Below are positions 1 to 11,195 of a stretch of 64,000 nt of DNA, in pieces. Below the pieces are notes generated by a model, which did not search any database, had not been told where the DNA came from, and saw nothing but the letters and a program-made list of their open reading frames with translations. The stretch lies in assembly GCF_006345805.1 (NCBI RefSeq), contig NC_043017.1, forward strand, positions 11,780,001-11,844,000, in the 5' to 3' direction. Each line of letters opens with the position of its first letter. The stretch's first letter is position 1. The stretch comes from Octopus sinensis. Lineage: Eukaryota. Position numbers and translations under genes: made by a program.

Positions 1-48
1 CAATATTGATAAATTAACCAATGGAAAAGGATGAAAATTTTAATGAAA

Positions 49-447
49 CAGGAGTGGCTGTGTGGTAAATAGCCTGCTTACCAACCACATGGTTCCGGGT
101 TCAGTCCCACTGCGTGGCACTTTGGGAAAGTGTCTTCTACTATAGCCTCGGGCCAACCAAAGCCTTGTGAGTGGATTTGGTAGACGGAAACTGAAAGAAG
201 CCTGTCGTATATATATATATGGATATGTATGTGTGTGTGTGTGTGTTTGTGTGTCTCTGTTTGTCCCCCCAACATTGCTTGACAACCGATGCTGGTATGT
301 TTACGTCCCCGTTACTTAGCGGTCGGCAAAAGAGACCGATAGAATAAGTACTAGGCTTACAAAGAATAAGACCTGGGGTCGATTTGCTCGACTAAAAGGC
401 GGTGCTCCAGCATGGCTGCAGTCAAATAACTGAAACAAGTAAAAGAG
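49..447 (+). mobile_element. tRNA-derived SINE, family A (about 400 bp)
   Basis: Head has A-box-like tggctgtgtgg and B-box-like ggttcagtccc, then an internal (TA)/(TG) tract and the tail gaaacaagtaaaag. Near-identical to more than ten other copies in the window. Confidence 0.85.
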
Positions 448-570
448 AGAAACATTTGATGATGTAATTAACAGACCAAAACAAGGCAGTCACAGAATTG
501 ACCAAAGGAAAGGGATAAACAAGCACACAACCTCATAAAAATAGGATATGATGACATAATGTGTGTGTGT

Positions 571-810
571 GAGGCTTTATGGTTAGAACATTGGGCTCAT
601 AGTCATGAAGTAGTGAGTTCGATTCTTAGCTGGGCTGCATGTTGTATTCTTGAGCAAGAAACTTTATTTCACATCATTCCAGTTCACTCAGCTGTAGAAA
701 TGAGTTGTGATGTCACTGGTGCCAAGCTGCATGCATGAGCTATCTGCTGGTCTTGCACAAACAACCTTGCCTGGACTCGTACCTTGCAGGAGAATTTTCT
801 AGGTGCAATC
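571..810 (+). mobile_element. diverged tRNA-derived SINE, family C
   Basis: Aligns by eye to 61271-61610 (gttcgattc B box, ttcttgagcaag, cagctgtagaaatgagttg, ttttctaggtgcaatc). Confidence 0.6.
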
Positions 811-1344
811 TGAAATATAAGACCTTCTCCACCCTGATGACAGAGGCTCATCTCATCCAATATTAATTATATCCATACAACCACATATTGTGATGAACTA
901 AATCTACCAAACTAAATCAACATTATTATGGAATGCTGAGCTCCCAGAAACACCTGTTGGGCTCATAACACCTTTCTTCCACCCCTTTTAATTTTCTCTG
1001 TCATTTGAGTAAGTTGGATCAATTATTATAAATATCTTTTTTATACATAACAATTCATCATCTGAAGGTTTCCACCTTTTGCTTCCTCTTGCTTTGCATG
1101 TATACATATATATTTTGGATTTGATGTATTTAATATTTTTTATATATTTGATGTGTCTAATTTGTTTTATCTGCATAATTGCCTCTAAACCCGCTCAGCT
1201 TGATCCCTCTTATAGCCGTTCTTTAACCTTGTGGAATCGATCCCCTGTAAAGACATCGATGTCTAAGCTTGTATCTTTTGGGTATTACTAAGTGTCTTCT
1301 ATATGGAGAACTTCTGAATCTCATCTGTGAACTCTAAATATCTA

Positions 1345-1555
1345 TATGTTGATTTGCTAGCTTCTGCATGCATTTTTTTTCTCTCCTTGTTTCTCTTCGT
1401 GTTTCTTTTCTGTGTATCTTTCTGTTGAAGAGTGTAGGCTTGAAACGTAAAAGACTTGTTTTATTTATATTCCTGAGCGCCATACTAATACAATTGTTTG
1501 TTTGTATTCCACCTGCCTTCGTCTTTTGTTTATTTTCATAAAGCTTCCCATTATA
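1345..1555 (+). mobile_element. short repeat family P2 with degenerate hammerhead-like motif (Penelope-terminus-like)
   Basis: Homologous to 63595-63780; contains tcttt-ctgttga-a-gag..ctt-gaaacgt-a-aaaga at 1417-1454. Confidence 0.55.
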
Positions 1556-2172
1556 TCTATATCTATATATAACTTGTAATGCTTTTATATTCCACCAATT
1601 AAAACAACTATTTTTTTTTTGTTCTTTGAAAAGAACACCTGGTTAATGGAAATCAACCAACTTTGATGCCAGGAATGCAGTATATGAGGATTCCAAAGAA
1701 GCATTTCTCAATATTTAGTTATGTGACAGTACTTAACACCTATTTTATGTTGGTATATAACCATGTCAGTTTCAGATAGTACAAATACTATAAGTGTAAT
1801 TGATATGTTCACAAACATACGACAATAGCAATTACAGTATAACAACTTCATGATAATCTAATCACATCTGTTGAAGATAGTAGAGATATCTTCTGTATCT
1901 TGCTAACATGGTTAATAATCATATTTTATAATGACATAATGATGTCAATTTAGCTTAGCATTAACTGACTACTTCATTTCATGATGGCATAATCATGTAT
2001 CTTATTAAGAAAGGTTAACTAGTATATTTTGTTATATTAATATTCCATGAACAAGGACAGCAGACAATGGAATCGGTGAAGTTTCAAGCAAAAAATACCT
2101 TAAAATATTCAATTATATTCCTTTCCGTTTTGAGTTCAAATCTTGCTGGTGTTGACTGTTGCCTTTCCCTCT

Positions 2173-3075
2173 CAGGTATAGGTGTGGCTGTGTGGATAAG
2201 AAGCTTGTGGTCCCAGCCATGTGGTCTTGTGTTCAGGCTCACTACTTGTTACTCTGGCCAAGTGTCTTCTACTGTGACCCTGGGCTGACCAAAAGCCTTG
2301 AAAGTGGGTTTGCTACTCAGAAATGTGTGTGGTAAGTAGCTTGCTAACCAACCACATGGTTCCGGGTTCAGTCCCACTGCGTGGCATCTTGGGCAAGTGT
2401 CTTCTGCTATAGCCCCGGGCTGACCAATGCCTTGTGAGTGGATTTGGTAGACGGAAACTGAAAGAAGCCTGTCGTATATATGTATATATATATATGTGTG
2501 TGTGTGTGTGTATGTATGTGTGCGTGTATGATTGTGTTTGTCCCCCTAGCATTGCTTGACAACCGATGCAGGTGTGTTTACGTCCCTGTAATTTAGCGGT
2601 TCGGCAAAAGAGACCGATATAATAAGTCCTGGGGTCGATTTGCTCGACTAAAGGCGGTGCTCCAGCATGGCCACAATCAAATGACTGAAACAAGTAAAAG
2701 AGTAAAAGAGTATACGAATGCTTGTATGTGTGTCGCATTGTGCCTCTCTTTGCGTGCCTCTTCATGTGTCTCACTGTGCCTCTCTTTGTGTGCCTCTTCA
2801 TGTGTCTCATTGAGCATCTCTTTCTATGTCTCATTGTGTGCCCCCTTGTCTTGACATGATGCGATGATTGTAAATGAGCATCACCAGGATACAAACAATG
2901 GCATTTGTTTCTTGTCTTCCCTGAAAAAATATGTTTGATCTTGGAAAAGTATTCCTATTCTTGGAAACAGGCAAGGGTTGGTAACAGGAAGGGCATCTGA
3001 CCATGGAATATCCGCCTCAACAAATTCCCTCTGATCCATGCCAGCATGGGAAAGCGGACACTAAGTGATGAACGA
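2173..3075 (+). mobile_element. older family-A-headed SINE with RTE-like tail, apparently interrupted by a younger family A copy
   Basis: Diverged A head at 2173-2311. After the younger SINE, sequence ends in the RTE-type tail (catgccagcatgggaaagcggacac..gatga) near 3075. Confidence 0.45.
2325..2712 (+). mobile_element. tRNA-derived SINE, family A
   Basis: Family A body and (aagagta) tail; the 5' end is slightly truncated. Confidence 0.85.
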
Positions 3076-3161
3076 ATGAAAATTCTTCTGGAATTTATAA
3101 ATTAATGTACCAGTTAATTGTTTGGGTGGGGGATATCATACTCAATTTAAGTGTGACCTAT

Positions 3162-3580
3162 TACTCTCTCTTTACTCTTTTACTTGTTTCAGTCATTTGA
3201 CTGTGGCCATGCTGGAGCTCCGCCTTTAATCGAGCAAATCGACCCCGGGACTTATTCTTTTTGTAAGCCCAGTACTTATTCTATCGGTCTCTTTTGCCGA
3301 CCCGCTATGTGATGGGGACGTAAACACACCAGCATCGGTTGTCAAGCAATGCTAGGGGGACAAACACACACACAAACACATGCACACACACACATATATA
3401 TATATATACATATATACGACAGGCTTCTTTCAGTTTCCGTCTACCAAATCCACTCACAAGGCATTGGTCGGCCCGGGGCTATAGCAGAAGATACTTGCCC
3501 ATGATGCCATGCAGTGGGACTGAACCCGGAACCATGTGGTTGGTAAACAAGCTACTTACCACACAGCCACTCCAGCGCCT
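3162..3580 (-). mobile_element. tRNA-derived SINE, family A, full length
   Basis: Reverse complement of family A from the aggcgc head to the tactct tail. Confidence 0.9.
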
Positions 3581-4713
3581 ATTGTCTAAGAACTTTTTAA
3601 TGCTTGCAGCCTATGGTACAAATCTTTATTAGGTTATAAACATATTCATTTTAAATATTATAACTACCTCATTCCACTATATCATGTACCTCTCTGTGGT
3701 GGGGGTCCCTCAATCTTTAAGAAATAGCAGCCAAATCTCCCCCAGACCAACCACACCTAAGAAAATGTAACAACAAATTGAATAATTGGCCCTGGACAAA
3801 AGCAAATGAGTGTCGTGTTTGGAACAGCCTTAATCATAGGTTTGATCCATCCGTGCTGACCTGGGGTTAAACAATAACAACATCAATGTATTTTAAAGAT
3901 AGATTTATTTTGAACAGATTGCTTCACTGGAGCATTTGTTTTACAGCTGGATGCCCTTAATACCACAAACCACTCAACTGTGAATTAAAGAAAGAAGTAG
4001 AGCTTGGCTGTCCTGTAGCAACAGACTTTACAACTGTTTTTAACCCCTGCTGGTTATTGTTGATATCTGCACCCGATGTATATCGCAAGCAGGGGAGTGA
4101 ACCCTCACTGCCTTCCAGCAATGATGGCACTACCAGACCGTTTACTTTCAGGCTATTGGTGCTCATACTAATTAGAGATTTTCTAACTGGCTACTTTACT
4201 TATGATATAACTGTTTTTGATTATAAAGCTATATCTATAATCTCTATGATATAAGAATATAGTTTTCCATTATTTTATGACGATAATATAACTAGACTAG
4301 CTTCTGATGATGCAGATGTCTTTTTTTTTATCTCTGGAAAGTGTACTGTATATAATACTGTACACTTCAAATAATATATATATATATGTTAAATAAAAAT
4401 ATATATATACATATATATACAAATATATATATATATATTATATACACCTTACACACACACACATATATATATATATATAGCAATGATTATTTGCCAACCT
4501 AATGTGGCAGTCCCCTTTGGGGTGAATGCTACTGTTGTTTAGCCCCAGGAGACATCGTCTCCAGCTGGCTATACAACACACAATCTGTGTCCTTTTTTTT
4601 GGATAGGGGAAGTTAGCACCCCCCACCCACCTAGCACAAAGCAGTGTCTGTTGACTGTACAGTTTCAGAATTACATATATATATATATTAATGATATATC
4701 GGTTCCATTCTAG

Positions 4714-4862
4714 CAAAAACTGTCTGATGAACGGCAACGAGAAACTCAGAGTAACAGATTTTGGTGAATTTTCTGCTGCTTTAAATAAAGCATATTACTC
4801 TACCACTGGTATTTGAGTACTCTTTTTTCCACCTTGTTTCACATTTATGTGTTTACTCCGGT
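4714..4862 (+). mobile_element. short repeat family P4 (hammerhead-containing)
   Basis: Homologous to 63899-64000 (ctgctttaaataaagcatattactctacc..ggtatttgagta). Confidence 0.7.
4720..4757 (+). ncRNA. type I hammerhead ribozyme motif
   Basis: ctgt | CTGATGA | acg-gcaa-cga | GAAA | ct-cag-ag | TA | acag. Stem I is ctgt/acag, the core is intact and the site is GUA; the first pair of stem II is mismatched. Confidence 0.7.
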
Positions 4863-4897
4863 ATATATATATATATATATAATGTACATATATATAT

Positions 4898-4942
<45 letters not shown>

Positions 4943-4953
4943 CATACACTTAC

Positions 4954-4984
<31 letters not shown>

Positions 4985-5123
4985 CATACATACATACATA
5001 CATACATACATACATACATACATACATACATACATACATACATACATACATACATACATACATACATACATACATACATACATACATACATACATACATA
5101 CATACATGCATGCATACATACAT
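4863..5123. repeat. (TA)n / (TACA)n microsatellite
   Basis: Direct reading. Confidence 0.95.
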
Positions 5124-6424
5124 ATGATTTTGGTAATATTATTTTATGATAGTACAGTTACTTTGTGATAATACAGTTACCTTGGTTTATGATGATTTAG
5201 GCATCTTAGTTGATGATGATATAACTGATTTCTTATATAACAATATTGTTTTGAGGTAAAACAATTATGGCATTTTATGATACTAGTTTATGATGCAATA
5301 GCTGTCATAGTTTATTGTGATTTAGCATTTTTTTTTAATGATATACTATTACAACATTGTGAAAATACATTTATTTAATTTTATGATGATGATGCTATTT
5401 TAGTTTATGATGACATAACTATCTTAGCTTATGATGCTCTAGCTATTTTAGTTTAAGATGATATAACTATATTGACTTATGATACTATAGCTAACATAGT
5501 TTATGATAATATAACTGTCTAAGCTTATGATGATTTAAATTTGTATTTTTCTATGACATAGCAATTTTGTTTTATGAAAATACAATTATCCCACAATTTT
5601 ATGATGATAGTTATCTTAGTTTATGATGATATAGCTATCTTGGTTTATAACGACATAACTATCTTGGCTTATAATGATACATCTATCTTACTTTATGATG
5701 GTTTAAGCATTTCAATTCATAACGATATATCAATCTCCAATTGCAATGGTATTTCTGCCAAGAAAGATTTCATGATGGCAGCACCCATTTCCTTATATGG
5801 TAATGCAACCATCTCACTTTATGTTGTTATAAATCTGTCTGCATATGTCATCCCTTGTTCTGTTGGGGAGCTCCATAAACATTTTTGCACCATGGTAATA
5901 TAACTCAGCTAAGTTATAAATTTTCACAGACATTATGCAGGATCTCCAAGCAGCCTGCCTACCAGTCCGATTCCCTGTCTATCTATCTGTCCGTCACAGT
6001 CTCTCTCTCTCTTTCTCTCTTTGTCTCTCTCTCTCTCTGTCTCTCTCTCTTTATTATTTTCTTTCTTTCTCATCCAACCCCCTGGCTACTCAAGAATCTC
6101 CAGTTATGCTTGTTGTAGGTAGGGATGGATTAATCTTTGTCTGGTAAAGGAATTAGGTTTCTGATTTGTGTTATGGTTCTTTTTATGTCAATTAATAAGG
6201 CAAAGTATTGTAAAATATTCTCCAGTGCTGAAATGAAAGAAGCTGTCTCATTGAGTACAAGAAGGAGATTTTGTTGTTGTTGTAGTTAAGTAGCTCTGAC
6301 CAATCAACTCTATTCAACTTTGTCCTGTCTAGTATATGGGTGGCTAATCAAAGAATCTTCCCCATATGTAATGTTGACTTGAAACGTTAAGAATATATAT
6401 GCGTGAAGAATATATATATATAAT

Positions 6425-6640
6425 GTGACAGCGTGTGTACTGTTGGTGATTTTTTTCCTCTATCTTCCCTTCTCTGGATCTTTCCTTTTCCTATGTTTCT
6501 GAGGAAGAGCTCCGCTCGAAACGTAAAACCCTCCTTCTTCCCTTCCTTCCTGAGCGTCCAATAATACTATATTTGTTCCACGTCCTTGCATTGTTGTGTT
6601 TTCTCTTTGTGTTTTCATGTTTGGATTAACTTTATATATA
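6425..6640 (+). mobile_element. short repeat family P1 (hammerhead-containing, Penelope-terminus-like)
   Basis: Four homologous copies of about 200 bp (here, 30685, 43310, 49255), mostly adjacent to (TA)n tracts. Confidence 0.75.
6495..6529 (+). ncRNA. minimal type I hammerhead ribozyme, all core nucleotides intact
   Basis: gttt | CTGAGGA | a | gagc-tcc-gctc | GAA-ACGT-A | aaac. Stem I is gttt/aaac, stem II is gagc/gctc, stem III is the palindrome ACGT, and the site is GUA. Confidence 0.75.
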
Positions 6641-6984
6641 TATGTATGTATGTGTGTGAAGAGTAACAATGTGTTTGTGTGTGTAGCTTCAATATATGAG
6701 GGTCTAACAGCCAATATCACAGCTCTTAGACTATCCACAAAGATAATTTGTTTCCAGTGATGAAGGTTTGTGTGTAAGAGCAGCTATATTTTCTTGGAAA
6801 TCCTGATGGCATAAACTTGGTGCAAATGTTTATTAGAAACTCAATGAAAACCATAGCTCAGGTTTTTCTATTAGAATTCTCCCTCCTCTGCATTAGCTGC
6901 CATCACCACAGCTTGGAGTTCAACCTTCCCTGATTGACTAGATGCACACCAGGGAACCAAAATAGAAATCCCTTGTGATTAAGT

Positions 6985-7535
6985 ACATATGAGACTAGTA
7001 TGCCTTGCTGGATGTGTAATGTATGTGTACATGTTTGACAGAGTGCTGGTGCTTTGAGAGAATGTTTGGCATAAGAGGAATTAGATGTTGTGTGCAAGAG
7101 AGAAGACTGTACGGGTTCGGTCATGTCATGTGGATGGACGTTGACAGCTCCAAGATAGATGGAGCACTTGGAAGTAGGAAACCCAGGAAGACATGGGATG
7201 AAGTGTTGAAGAATTCCTTCAGGATGCTGAACCTTTCAGGTGAGATGACAAAGGATCGAGATGCCTGCACCTTACTGTACTCAAGAACAGCCATACTTTG
7301 CAGCAGAAGTGTTAAGACTGGTCCGTCCAGTGGTGTGAAGATTGACCTGCAAGAGTCCTGTGCCAGTGCCATGTAAAAGCACCCAGCACACTCTGTAGGG
7401 GGGTTGGCATTAGGAAGGGCATCCAGCCATAGAAACGATGCTGAAACAGACTGGAACCTGGTGCAGCCCCATTGGCTCTGGTCTAACTGTCCAATCCATA
7501 CCAGCAGTGACTATGAATGTTAAATGATGATGATA
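6985..7535 (+). mobile_element. degenerate 3' end of RTE-type LINE
   Basis: Frame-broken translation WMCNV..GIRGIRCCVQERRLYGFGHVM..RKPRKTWDEVLK..MTKDRD matches the RTE ORF2 C-terminal pattern (RLRWYGHV, GRPRKTW). Followed by the shared 3' tail; paralogous to 36000-36740. Confidence 0.8.
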
Positions 7536-7904
7536 TATCATGTAATTTGATGAGCATTGGCTCTCCTGAGTTCATACATCATTTGACAGGTTTTGCTTTT
7601 CATCCCTCAGAGTCCAAAAACCAACCTAGTCACTAAGCAGGGTTGCCAGCATAGTCTACTGACAGCCTGACCATGCAACAAGGTGTATATGTTACAAGTA
7701 GCACACAAGAGTGACCTGACTCACAGACACACATGTTGGGATTCTTTCAGTTTCCATCTTCCAAATACATGTACAGAACTTTGGTCAGCTCGTGGCTATA
7801 GTACAAAACAGTTGTTTAAGGTGCTTCGCAGTGGGACTGAACCTGAAACCATGTGAGTGCAAAGCAGACTTCTTGAATAATATATCATCATCATGACAGT
7901 AGTA

Positions 7905-8166
7905 GTAGTAGTAGTAACAATGACAACAACATCTAATTTTCATGTTTACATGGGTCAGATGGAGTCCTTTGTGGCAGATTTTCTGTGGTAGGATGTTCTT
8001 TCTGCCACTAACCTTCACCTGTTTCCAGGAAAGATAATATTTCCCCAAGTTCAGATATGTTTCACAGAAAACTAGAATTCGAATGATGCTGCTTGTATGA
8101 AGGCAACACTTCCTTACGACTATCGAATGATGTCAAGATAGGGAGACACAAACTTACAGAGACACA

Positions 8167-8225
<59 letters not shown>

Positions 8226-8400
8226 ACATGATGGACTTCTTTTGTTTTCTCTTTACGAAATCCACTCACAAGGTTTTGGTTAGCCTGGGACTATGCAGGA
8301 AGATGCTTGTCCAGGGTGCCATGTATTGGGATGGAACCTGTAATCATGTGATTGGGAAGCAAATTTCTAAACCACACAGCCATGTCTGTGCCCTATGCAC
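7905..8400 (-). mobile_element. diverged family-A-headed SINE with RTE-like tail
   Basis: A-type head in reverse near 8260-8390; tail with (catcat) and tttacatgggtcag near 7905-7990. Confidence 0.5.
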
Positions 8401-9212
8401 GTGTGAATGTGTTTATACTGGTGTGTACTTGAATGTAATACAAGTATACACATGCACACACACACACACACACATACACACACACACATACACAAATATT
8501 ACAAGAAAAAATATTCAATCATGCATGAATGTATGTATATATAAACATTATATAAACACATAAGTATTCATATATATGCATATGTGTGTATATGTATATG
8601 TGTGTATATACACACATATATAAATGAATGTGTGCATGTATGTGTGTGTGTGTGTGAGAGAGAGTGTGTGTATGCATGTTTATGTGTGTATATGTAAGAA
8701 TCCCTCAGAATTGCATGTTCAATTCAAAAAAGAAATATATTTTTTTAAAATTTAGAGCAGAATAGCATTTTTTCTTTGAAAAAACAAAAAAAAAAAAGCA
8801 CGAGAAATAAAGGAACTTGAACAAAAATTTCCTAATTGCTTAAAATGCTGAAACATCAGACAATTATTTTTAATCTATTTCAAATAACACATGATGAGCT
8901 AATAAAATTATGCTATAAATTGGATTTGCATTATCCATCTAGCGTATGTAACAATTTATTACTATAGAAATGGGATGCAGCAATATGAGATTAATTCAAT
9001 AAACTGGATTATAAAAGCAAAACAATAATGCATGCAGTTTAATCAAGCGTATCCAAACCAATAAAGAGACCTCGAAAAATAATGTCTTGACCAGCTAGAA
9101 ATAATAGCCAAAGCACCTTGAAATTATAATAATAATAATGTCACTTCAGGAAAAAGGAAAAGAATGAAAGATGAGTGTAAACATGGCTGTTGGGTTCAAA
9201 ATGCTTGCTTTG

Positions 9213-9612
9213 TTACTTTACTCTTTTACTCTTTTACTTGTTTCAGTCATTTGACTGCAGCCATGCTGGAGCAAATCGACCCCGGGACTTATTCTTTGTG
9301 AGCCCAGTATTTATTCTATCGGTCTCTTTGCTGAACTGCTAGGTGATGGGGACGTAAACACACCAGCATCGGTTGTCAAGCAATGGTAGGGGGACAAACA
9401 CGGACACACAAACATATACTCACACACTTATATATATATACATATATACGATGGGCTTCTTTGAGTTTCCGTCTACCAAATCCACTCACAAGGCTTTGGC
9501 CGGACCGAGGCAATAGTAGAAGACACTTGCCCAAGATGCCATACAGTGGGACTGAACCCGGAACCATGTGGTTGGTAAGCAAACTACTTACTACACAGCC
9601 ACTCCTGCGCCT
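9213..9612 (-). mobile_element. tRNA-derived SINE, family A
   Basis: Reverse complement of the family A consensus. Confidence 0.9.
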
Positions 9613-9673
9613 ATATGCCACTCCTGCGCCTATATGCCACTCCTGCGCCTATATGCCACTCCTGCGCCTATAT
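9598..9673. repeat. four perfect 19-bp tandem copies of the SINE 5' end and flank
   Basis: (gccactcctgcgcctatat) x4. Confidence 0.95.
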
Positions 9674-9820
9674 TGTGGTCCTAATTTGTGGTCTTGAGTT
9701 CAGTGCCACTGTGTGACACGTTGGGCAAGTGTCTTCTACTATAGCCCTGAGTTGATGAAAGCCTTGTGCCTGGATTTGGTCGATGGAAACTGGGAAAAGC
9801 CAGTCATGCTTGTGTCTGTA

Positions 9821-9864
<44 letters not shown>

Positions 9865-10368
9865 TGCACACGAGTTAGATTAGTCTTCTCCAGTATAGTG
9901 TCATGCCATTTCTTGCAATTTTTTGCCATCTCCTTTGTGAAAATCAACTTCCTGAGATAAACTTTGGCAACATCTGTCCATGGTTACCTTCATCTTCGTT
10001 TCTTTCCACTTCTTTGTCCACCATCAACTTGGCATTGCTCATAGGAAGAGCAGATCAGTAAAAGAGAAGATCAACGTGATAAATACTTCAGCTAAGTGGA
10101 GAAGGGTGCATGTACTGTGTTGGAAGATGGTACGGGACTAAGGAAGTAACAGAGGGCCAGAAAACTGTCATTGTAGGGTGTGCCAGTGTACAGGGACATA
10201 AAATTCATAATGGAGAAGAGATGAGAAAGGTTAAAAGTGGAGAGAAAAGAACTGAAGAGTTGAAAGGCATGATCGGACAACTAAACTTGTTTATATGTTT
10301 ATTGCCATTGACCCACTGGAGTTATTTCTTTAAAGTTCATTTAATTTTTTTATTATTTCATTGTATAT

Positions 10369-11195
10369 AGGTGCAGGTATGGCTGTGGGATTAGGTGCTT
10401 GCTTCTTGCTTTTCTTGTACTTTTGACGGCGTTCACCCAGGGCGGGTTGAGCCGGCTTCTTCTCTGGCCCTGACGGCACCACGAACCATGGTGGCCCACA
10501 CTCGATGGTCCTGTGTGAGGTCACTGGAGATAGCGAGCCATTTGCGGTTCCATAGGATTCATAGAAGAAGTTTCGTGGGAATATTGAATTCATAAGCAGT
10601 CCCCAACATCCAGCATGCATATCCCGAGTGATGGGACACCCTGTTTGCCGTGGAGTCTCCACAGATGCAGGAAGCCACCGGTTGCTGATCAGATGCCTCT
10701 TGGAATTTTCACCAGGCTGTGGCCCTAATACCACTCGGTGCCAGACCAATCTGCCTTGGGAGGCCCTACCAGGAACCGAAGTTCCCAACGGCATAGCTCT
10801 GACACTGCCCGTTTACACCACCCTACCACTTTGAGGAGGGGTTGGACTTTAGGTGCTTGCTTCCCAAACACATGGTTCTATGTTCAGTTCCACTGTGTGA
10901 TACCTTGGGCATGTGTCTTCTACTATAACTTCAGGCTGACTAAAGCTTTGTATGTGGAACGGGTAGAAAGAAACTGAAAGAAGCCCATTGTGTCTGTGTA
11001 TGTGTCTTAGTCCATCACCACTGCTTGACAACTGGTGTTGGTTTGATTACATCCCCATAATTTAGTGATTTGGCATGAGAGACCAATCAGGCTTAAGCAC
11101 AAAAAAATAAGTACCGGGGTTGATTTATTTGATCAAGCCTCTTCGGGTTGGTGCCCCAGCATGGCCACAGTCCAATGGCTGAAACAAATATAAGA
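10369..11195 (+). mobile_element. diverged family A SINE interrupted by a LINE insertion
   Basis: Head at 10369-10405 resumes at 10849 and runs to the gaaacaaata tail near 11195. Confidence 0.7.
10406..10848 (-). mobile_element. 5'-truncated RTE-type LINE of a second family, with 15-bp TSD
   Basis: TSD ttaggtgcttgcttc at 10391-10405 and 10849-10863. Minus-strand translation ends ..WLAISSDLTQDHRVWATMVRGAVRAREEAGSTRPG*, followed by an aagtacaag-type tail. Confidence 0.75.

Larger units (their letters stand above)
4180..5760. repeat. degenerate 24-bp tandem array, interrupted at about 4320-5140
   Basis: Recurring unit like atcttagtttatgatgatatagct; translates with 8-aa periodicity (ILVYDDIA ILVYNDIT ILAYNDTS) in ORF 5574-5903. 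Confidence 0.5.

Noticed and set aside
40-285. ORFs such as MSSNVGGTNRDTQTHTH..SRRHFPKVPRSGTEPGTMWLVS and their many paralogues
   Set aside because: They are translations of family A SINEs, recurring in every copy with variable frameshifts.
4813-5127. Long HT/YI/VC/CM-repeat ORFs (also at 15624, 21231, 28268-29027, 34972, 54694)
   Set aside because: Stop-free frames of dinucleotide and tetranucleotide microsatellites.
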